Origin: a virus
Lineage: Duplodnaviria; Caudoviricetes
Reading direction: 5' to 3' (one strand)
Length of the DNA stretch: 26,086 bases
IMG/VR virus record: IMGVR_UViG_3300021560_001195
Coordinates: 1 to 26,086 of that record
The translations under genes were made by a program, and so were the position numbers. Position 1 is the stretch's first letter, and the number at the start of each line of letters is the position of its first letter. The notes beneath the pieces are model-generated. The model was not told the DNA's origin and made no database searches. It saw only the letters and a list, made by a program, of their open reading frames with translations. Below are positions 21,806 through 26,086 of the stretch, piece after piece.

Positions 21806-23131
21806 CTAATTTTCCGTGCCTTCGCCATCTTGTTCCGCGGGTGTAATCCAGCGCAGGACGACCTGTTTTCCAATCTTGGTTTGTTCGATGTCGCCGTTGG
21901 CGACCAGCACGTTTGTGACGCGCTCTGCGGTGGCCGGACCCAGGTCGTAGACGCGGGTATCGTGTAGCATCTGGCGGCGGCTGATCCATTTGCCGCCGTA
22001 GCGCATAAGGTAGCTCAGGATTTTCGAGCACGCTTTGCCTTCGATGGTGTCGCCGGTGTTGGGTTGCAGCACGCCGCGGATGCGCATCTGGTAATCGGCG
22101 AGTTGGAAAGCGGAATCGAGTTGTGAGCCCAGCAGCATTTTCTGGCCGCTGAAAGCGGCGCAGATCAAACGCGATCGGATGGCCATCTCGAGCACGCGAG
22201 GATTCATGGTGGGATGTTCCACGAGGTATTCGCGTTTGGCTTCCCACACCGATGGCTGCACTTCCACGATCGGGATCTTACGCAAGCGTTCCTGGCCGCC
22301 GCGTAATGGTGCGAACTTGAAATGGAAGTCGCCAGGGCAGAGGCCAAACAGGAAACGGTCGTGCTGGCCGCCGACCGATTCCTTCGCGAAGCTGTCTTGA
22401 AACAATTCTTCCGGCATGCCGCCTATCAACGACAGCTTCACATCGGCAGCGATGCGCGGCTTCTTGCCGCTGACGGTGAGTTCAAGGTGCGTGTTGTAGT
22501 AGGCATCGTTCAGCAGTTGCGGAAACGATGCGCGATCGATCTGGGACTTCTTGAACAGGTGTGACAGCTCGTCTACCCACAGCAAACGCGGATTGCCCAT
22601 GGCGTCTTCCATGCGTTTGACGAGTTGTTCTCCGGATCCGGAATACACGCGCAGCAATTGTGGTTTGTCGGCGCCTAAGATCTTTACGGCGCGTTCGATG
22701 GCTTGGGTCTTGCCGCTGTGCACGGGGCCGACCAGGCACACATACAGCATGGTCGGCGGGCTGCCGTTTTGTTCTGCGAGGAATGTAGAAGCGACCGCCA
22801 ACAGCGCGGGCCAGGCATAAGCGCGGGGCAGATCGGACATGCGCACATCGCACACTTCGCCAAGCCAGCCGCACAAACAATCGAGCGGGAGATCGTTCAG
22901 GTATATGGCATTCGGCAGTGGCGCCGCCGCGATATTCTCCGCAACTTCAATTTTTTTTTCGAGTGCGCCGAGGTTTTCCGCCGCGGCAATGTTCCGTGCG
23001 GTCTCTGGATCTTGAGCGACTTTCGGATGATTCTTTTTGAGATCGGCGGCCAAGCCGCGAACGAAATCAACCAATTTCCCTGGATCGGCCCTGGGCGAAT
23101 CTTTCGGCCAAATGTCATCGGGTTTTGTCAC
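21806..23131 (-). CDS. DUF3987/YfjI-like P-loop NTPase (replication helicase-like), probable C-terminal winged helix
   Basis: 441 aa: LYVCLVGPVHSGKT (Walker A), SGEQL, LLWVDELSHLF (Walker B), LSLIGGM and GQHDRFLF motifs. GTG start with SD GAGGAGG. Confidence 0.8.
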   Translation of the reverse strand: MTKPDDIWPKDSPRADPGKLVDFVRGLAADLKKNHPKVAQDPETARNIAAAENLGALEKKIEVAENIAAAPLPNAIYLNDLPLDCLCGWLGEVCDVRMSDLPRAYAWPALLAVASTFLAEQNGSPPTMLYVCLVGPVHSGKTQAIERAVKILGADKPQLLRVYSGSGEQLVKRMEDAMGNPRLLWVDELSHLFKKSQIDRASFPQLLNDAYYNTHLELTVSGKKPRIAADVKLSLIGGMPEELFQDSFAKESVGGQHDRFLFGLCPGDFHFKFAPLRGGQERLRKIPIVEVQPSVWEAKREYLVEHPTMNPRVLEMAIRSRLICAAFSGQKMLLGSQLDSAFQLADYQMRIRGVLQPNTGDTIEGKACSKILSYLMRYGGKWISRRQMLHDTRVYDLGPATAERVTNVLVANGDIEQTKIGKQVVLRWITPAEQDGEGTEN

Positions 23132-23135
23132 ACAG

Positions 23136-23276
23136 AACCCTCCTCTTTAGGGGCGGCAGGAGCGGTGAAAGAGGCACCGCCCCCACCCTTGCCCGCGACC
23201 GTCGCCGCGGGCCGATGCCGCTCACGGAGAAGGCGGCCTGGAGACCCTATCACAATGCGCTAAAGACCGGAGGGTT
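23136..23276 (-). promoter_or_regulatory. Multi-stem 5' leader that sequesters the SD of the replication gene
   Basis: On the minus strand AACCCTCC-GG-TCTTTAG (23260-23276) pairs with CTAAAGA-GGAGGGTT (23136-23150, containing the SD). Inner hairpins GCCGC/GCGGC, GCCCGCG/CGCGGGC and GCGGTG/CACCGC. Confidence 0.55.
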
Positions 23277-23291
23277 ACTCTTTGGACACAA

Positions 23292-23322
23292 AGTGGAAAA
23301 GCCTGTGGAAAACTGTGGAAAA
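23292..23322 (-). promoter_or_regulatory. Three tandem DnaA-box-like sites
   Basis: TTTTCCACA at 23314-23322 and 23304-23312 (match TTWTNCACA) and TTTTCCACT at 23292-23300. Confidence 0.6.
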
Positions 23323-23323
23323 G

Positions 23324-23533
23324 CTACCTTTCGGTGGGGTTTTTAGGGGGTTCGATGCGTGCTCCGGCGTGCTCCAGAATGAGCAAAGCGAGCCGGATCG
23401 CGTGCTCTTTTGGCAGTGCGATCCAGCCCACATTGCGTTCGAAATCGAGCCGTACGGCGTGCTCGTTCGAACTTAGGCGGATATCGAGTTTGCCGCCGCC
23501 GTCGACCGGCTGTGTTCCTTCCTGTCCAGCCAT
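23324..23533 (-). CDS. Hypothetical protein
   Basis: Likely start ATG 23533 (69 aa); VRLDFERNVGWIALPKEHAIRLALLILEHA. Confidence 0.6.
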   Translation of the reverse strand: MAGQEGTQPVDGGGKLDIRLSSNEHAVRLDFERNVGWIALPKEHAIRLALLILEHAGARIEPPKNPTER

Positions 23534-24192
23534 ATGCGCACCCCTGGGATAGTGATCGTGCCGCCCATCGCTTGCACTACCTTGCGGATGGCCGTTTCGT
23601 CTGGGCAGCAAAACTCGCGAGGCACCTTGATGGGGTCAATTACCTCAAAGTCCCACCGCTCCTTCACGTAGAAACCCTCCTGCTGCGGCACAGCCGCTAC
23701 CGGCGCGATCGTAGGCAGCGGGACAGCCTTACTCTCTATCCGGAGCTGCTCTGCGGTCTCCGTGTCTCCCTGGCGTTCTGCGACTTTGGCTTGGCGCTCC
23801 AGTTCCTTCTGCTCCTGGCGCTGCAGCCCGGCCGCCAGTTTATCGCGAGCCGCCGCGGCAATGCGCTCCTGCCGCGCCCGCCAGTCCATGCGCATCGACA
23901 GGATCCTGGCTTTCTCATCCGCCAGGGGTTTCAGCTGGCGCTTCTTCCAGGCTACTGCTTGCTTGTGCAGCCGGTCGAAAGCTTGCACAAACGGCGCCGA
24001 CACCGCATCGATCCATTTGGTAGCTTCATCGATGCGCGGAATGATCGTGCCGGTTACCGTGAAATGATCTTCGGAGGTGATAGCGGTGATGGACTTCGCT
24101 TGCTTCAGCAGGGGTTCCGTGCGTTTGTCGAGCAGCGACTGCTTCGGCTGCACCGGCAAATCGTACTTCTCGATCGATTCGGACTTTTTCAC
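23473..24192 (-). CDS. Coiled-coil protein with Gp157-like C-terminus (recombination-module associated)
   Basis: 239 aa, long helical region, then WDFEVIDPIKVPREFCCPDETAIRKVV...IPGVRIW. Confidence 0.65.
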   Translation of the reverse strand: MKKSESIEKYDLPVQPKQSLLDKRTEPLLKQAKSITAITSEDHFTVTGTIIPRIDEATKWIDAVSAPFVQAFDRLHKQAVAWKKRQLKPLADEKARILSMRMDWRARQERIAAAARDKLAAGLQRQEQKELERQAKVAERQGDTETAEQLRIESKAVPLPTIAPVAAVPQQEGFYVKERWDFEVIDPIKVPREFCCPDETAIRKVVQAMGGTITIPGVRIWLDRKEHSRSTAAANSISA

Positions 24193-24848
24193 AGCACATT
24201 CTCCTTTTCGTAGGTCGTCTTGAAACGCTTTTTCCAGGCCGAAACATACAGCAGCGCCGCGAAGGTTTCGTAATCGCTGCGCTCATTGAACGGATGGATC
24301 TTCGGAAACCCGTTCTCGCGCAGCTCCACCACGATTCTGCGGCGACTAACGAAACGCGCAAACGGGGAATTGATGGAAGCGTGCGGATGGCCCGCGGCTT
24401 GACCGGCGAGCTGCACACCGTGATGCGGATAGACCTGGCCAATCTTCCACTCGATCATGGTGTCGCGCCCGTCGACGAGCGCGTTGCAGTCGAGCTGAAA
24501 ACCGAAAGGCATGCCGTTCACGTAGCCAATGGATTGCGCTTCGCTCGCCAGCAACCGGAAGTCGCAGTGTTCTTTGAAGTAGATCCAAGCATGCAGCCGC
24601 GGCTTCACTTCTTTGTCGTAGCTGCCGAGGGTGCCCAGGTTGTGCAGATGGCAAGCGCGGTGCACTTCGCGCCCCAGCTCCGATTTCCTCTCGAGGATGT
24701 CCGCTTCGGCGCGAGCAAAAGGAATCAAGCCGCCCGATGCCAGCACCGCGGTGCAGCCGGGAACGATCTTCCCGGCCACCGCGTATTCGTGCTTGTCGGC
24801 GTTGAAGGTGAAATCAACGGTCGTCAAGAGGTTCGCTCTGCTTTCCAT
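24189..24848 (-). CDS. PD-(D/E)XK-family exonuclease (lambda-exo/Cas4-like)
   Basis: Likely start ATG 24848 (219 aa). FNADKHEY, VPGCTAVL, LGREVHRAC, ASE, GFQLDC, MIEWKIG and VQLAGQ motifs. Confidence 0.75.
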   Translation of the reverse strand: MESRANLLTTVDFTFNADKHEYAVAGKIVPGCTAVLASGGLIPFARAEADILERKSELGREVHRACHLHNLGTLGSYDKEVKPRLHAWIYFKEHCDFRLLASEAQSIGYVNGMPFGFQLDCNALVDGRDTMIEWKIGQVYPHHGVQLAGQAAGHPHASINSPFARFVSRRRIVVELRENGFPKIHPFNERSDYETFAALLYVSAWKKRFKTTYEKENVL

Positions 24849-25092
24849 AGATTGCGGAGACTTCTTGTTTGTCCATGAAGTGCTTGATGGCCTCCAAAGT
24901 ATCGAGCACGCCGTGCTGGAAGCCCGCTTCGAAGATGGCCAGCGAGGTGACCTTGCCACCCGTGCGGTTCATAAACTCTTCGAAGAGTTTTTTGGGATCG
25001 TGGCTCATGGGACTCTCCTCTCGAGAGAATTGGTCTTCGCCGTAGTGTCCGGTGATGTAATTATCCAGATCACGCGCTTGCCTGGAGTTCAT
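24814..25092 (-). CDS. Hypothetical protein
   Basis: 92 aa, ATGA overlap with the upstream gene, DLDNYITGHYGEDQF. Confidence 0.6.
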   Translation of the reverse strand: MNSRQARDLDNYITGHYGEDQFSREESPMSHDPKKLFEEFMNRTGGKVTSLAIFEAGFQHGVLDTLEAIKHFMDKQEVSAIYGKQSEPLDDR

Positions 25093-26086
25093 TTCTCACC
25101 TCGCGCTTTCTTCATCAACTCCGCAAACTGCGACTGCCGCACTTCGCGGATGGAGTTCAGTTTGTAGGTTTTCTTGATGTAGCTGGTCAGCTCTTCGGGA
25201 ACTTTCCAGCCTGCTTGCATGGCCGCGTTGAACACATCGGCTTGCTGCTTGCCGGTCAGGAAGGGGTCATCGATCTTGGGGATCTGCGCTTTCGGCACAG
25301 ATTGTTGTACAACATTTTGTTGAACTTTCTTGCTTGACTTTGCACGCCGTTTGACGTCTTCGATCGACTGCTGCAGTTTGCCGGTGAGGTCTTCGGTAGT
25401 AGCTTCGATCGGCTTCGGGCCCAGGCTGAAAGCTTCCGCCGCGGTGGTCGAACCTTCCTTGATGGCGTTGAAGATGCCCCGCAAGGTGACCAGTTCGTTT
25501 GCGCCGATTTTCGAAACCGTCTTGACCTTGAGAACTTCAAGGATCGCGGCTTCCGGCACACCCAGCTGATCAAAGGCCTCGAGCGCGGCTTTGCGCCGCG
25601 TGGCCACATCCTTCTCCGAAGGCTTGGCGGCTAGGACGGCTTTTTCGTACAGCGGAAACCAAAACATTTTCGGGATGCCTTTCAAGACCGCGTTGCGGAA
25701 AGCGATGCCCGCCGCCGCGGCGCCGGTGACCCCAATCATGTCGTCATCGTAGCGCGTGCCATCGCGCTTGGTGATGCGCCGTTTGATCTCGAAGGAAATG
25801 GCCACGTTCGTTTCAAGATCGTGGAACACCCCCTGGCTCACTACCGTCTTGTCGTCCGCGCCCAGCACGCGAGCCGCTACGCGGCAGTTGCGCCAGTTTT
25901 GGCCGATGATTTCCGCGAACCTGACGGACGGGCCTTCGATCAGTTTCTCCCCGCCGTCTTTGCTGCGCCGCACCAGTTTGTAGTACATGGTCTCCGCCAC
26001 TTCCTGGCTGTAGCTGACCATGTTTCCCGCAGTGCTCTGAAAGTTTGCGAGGCAGCGCGGGTATTGTTTGGCTGTCGCGATTTGCA
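25089..26086 (-). CDS. Putative ssDNA annealing/recombination protein, 5'-truncated by the window edge
   Basis: The frame stays open to 26086 (...QIATAKQYPRCLANFQSTAGN-MVSY). Motifs IEGPSVRFAE, HDLETN and AFRNAVLKGIP; adjacent to an exonuclease. SSAP role inferred from context. Confidence 0.6.
   Translation of the reverse strand, partial: QIATAKQYPRCLANFQSTAGNMVSYSQEVAETMYYKLVRRSKDGGEKLIEGPSVRFAEIIGQNWRNCRVAARVLGADDKTVVSQGVFHDLETNVAISFEIKRRITKRDGTRYDDDMIGVTGAAAAGIAFRNAVLKGIPKMFWFPLYEKAVLAAKPSEKDVATRRKAALEAFDQLGVPEAAILEVLKVKTVSKIGANELVTLRGIFNAIKEGSTTAAEAFSLGPKPIEATTEDLTGKLQQSIEDVKRRAKSSKKVQQNVVQQSVPKAQIPKIDDPFLTGKQQADVFNAAMQAGWKVPEELTSYIKKTYKLNSIREVRQSQFAELMKKARGEK

Noticed and set aside
21537-22247. 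236-aa minus-strand ORF
   Set aside because: It overlaps the replication gene out of frame and runs through the repeat-rich origin-like region; its composition is not protein-like.
153-25569. Many long + strand ORFs (e.g. 1328..2323, 5936..6904, 7344..8321, 8502..9680, 9933..10805, 23410..24213)
   Set aside because: They lie antisense to well-supported minus-strand genes and have no recognisable motifs; these are shadow ORFs expected in high-GC coding DNA.
1-26086. Stop-codon reassignment, introns or inteins in core genes
   Set aside because: terL, portal and coat read through intact in the standard code at plausible lengths, and TAA, TGA and TAG are all used as stops.

Overview
This window is a 26-kb internal segment of a tailed dsDNA phage or prophage with high-GC coding, and every credible gene lies on the minus strand. 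Read right to left in transcription order, it begins with a recombination module (SSAP-like protein cut by the window edge, PD-(D/E)XK-type exonuclease, Gp157-like protein). Next come a DUF3987/YfjI-like P-loop replication protein, with DnaA-box-like sites and a structured leader upstream and an iteron-rich origin-like region downstream, and then small middle genes including a secreted malectin-domain protein and RusA. The late module follows: five beta-rich putative virion proteins, terminase small and large subunits, small metal-binding genes including a tandem HiPIP-like protein, portal, scaffold, an inserted cassette (membrane protein, coiled coil, Ig-like protein, PEP-CTERM-like protein), major capsid protein, phage GroES, two hypotheticals and a truncated head-tail adaptor-like gene. 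The portal-scaffold-coat order with no prohead protease suggests a P22-like/podoviral head. A Gram-negative, exosortase-bearing host such as an Acidobacterium is an inference only. The most striking feature is three tandem, translationally coupled genes with divergent beta-sandwich/lectin-like bodies that all end in the same Gly/Pro linker plus D[IL]GP[AG][FY]DF[RK]LR[LFM]-COOH, which looks like a modular docking-tag display system. Also notable are four copies of a 16-bp palindromic operator, several ~70-nt structured intergenic elements (one a degenerate tRNA-like cloverleaf), and sharp patches of AT-ending synonymous codons inside capsid, terminase and portal genes. All family assignments come from motif recognition by eye; no searches were run.
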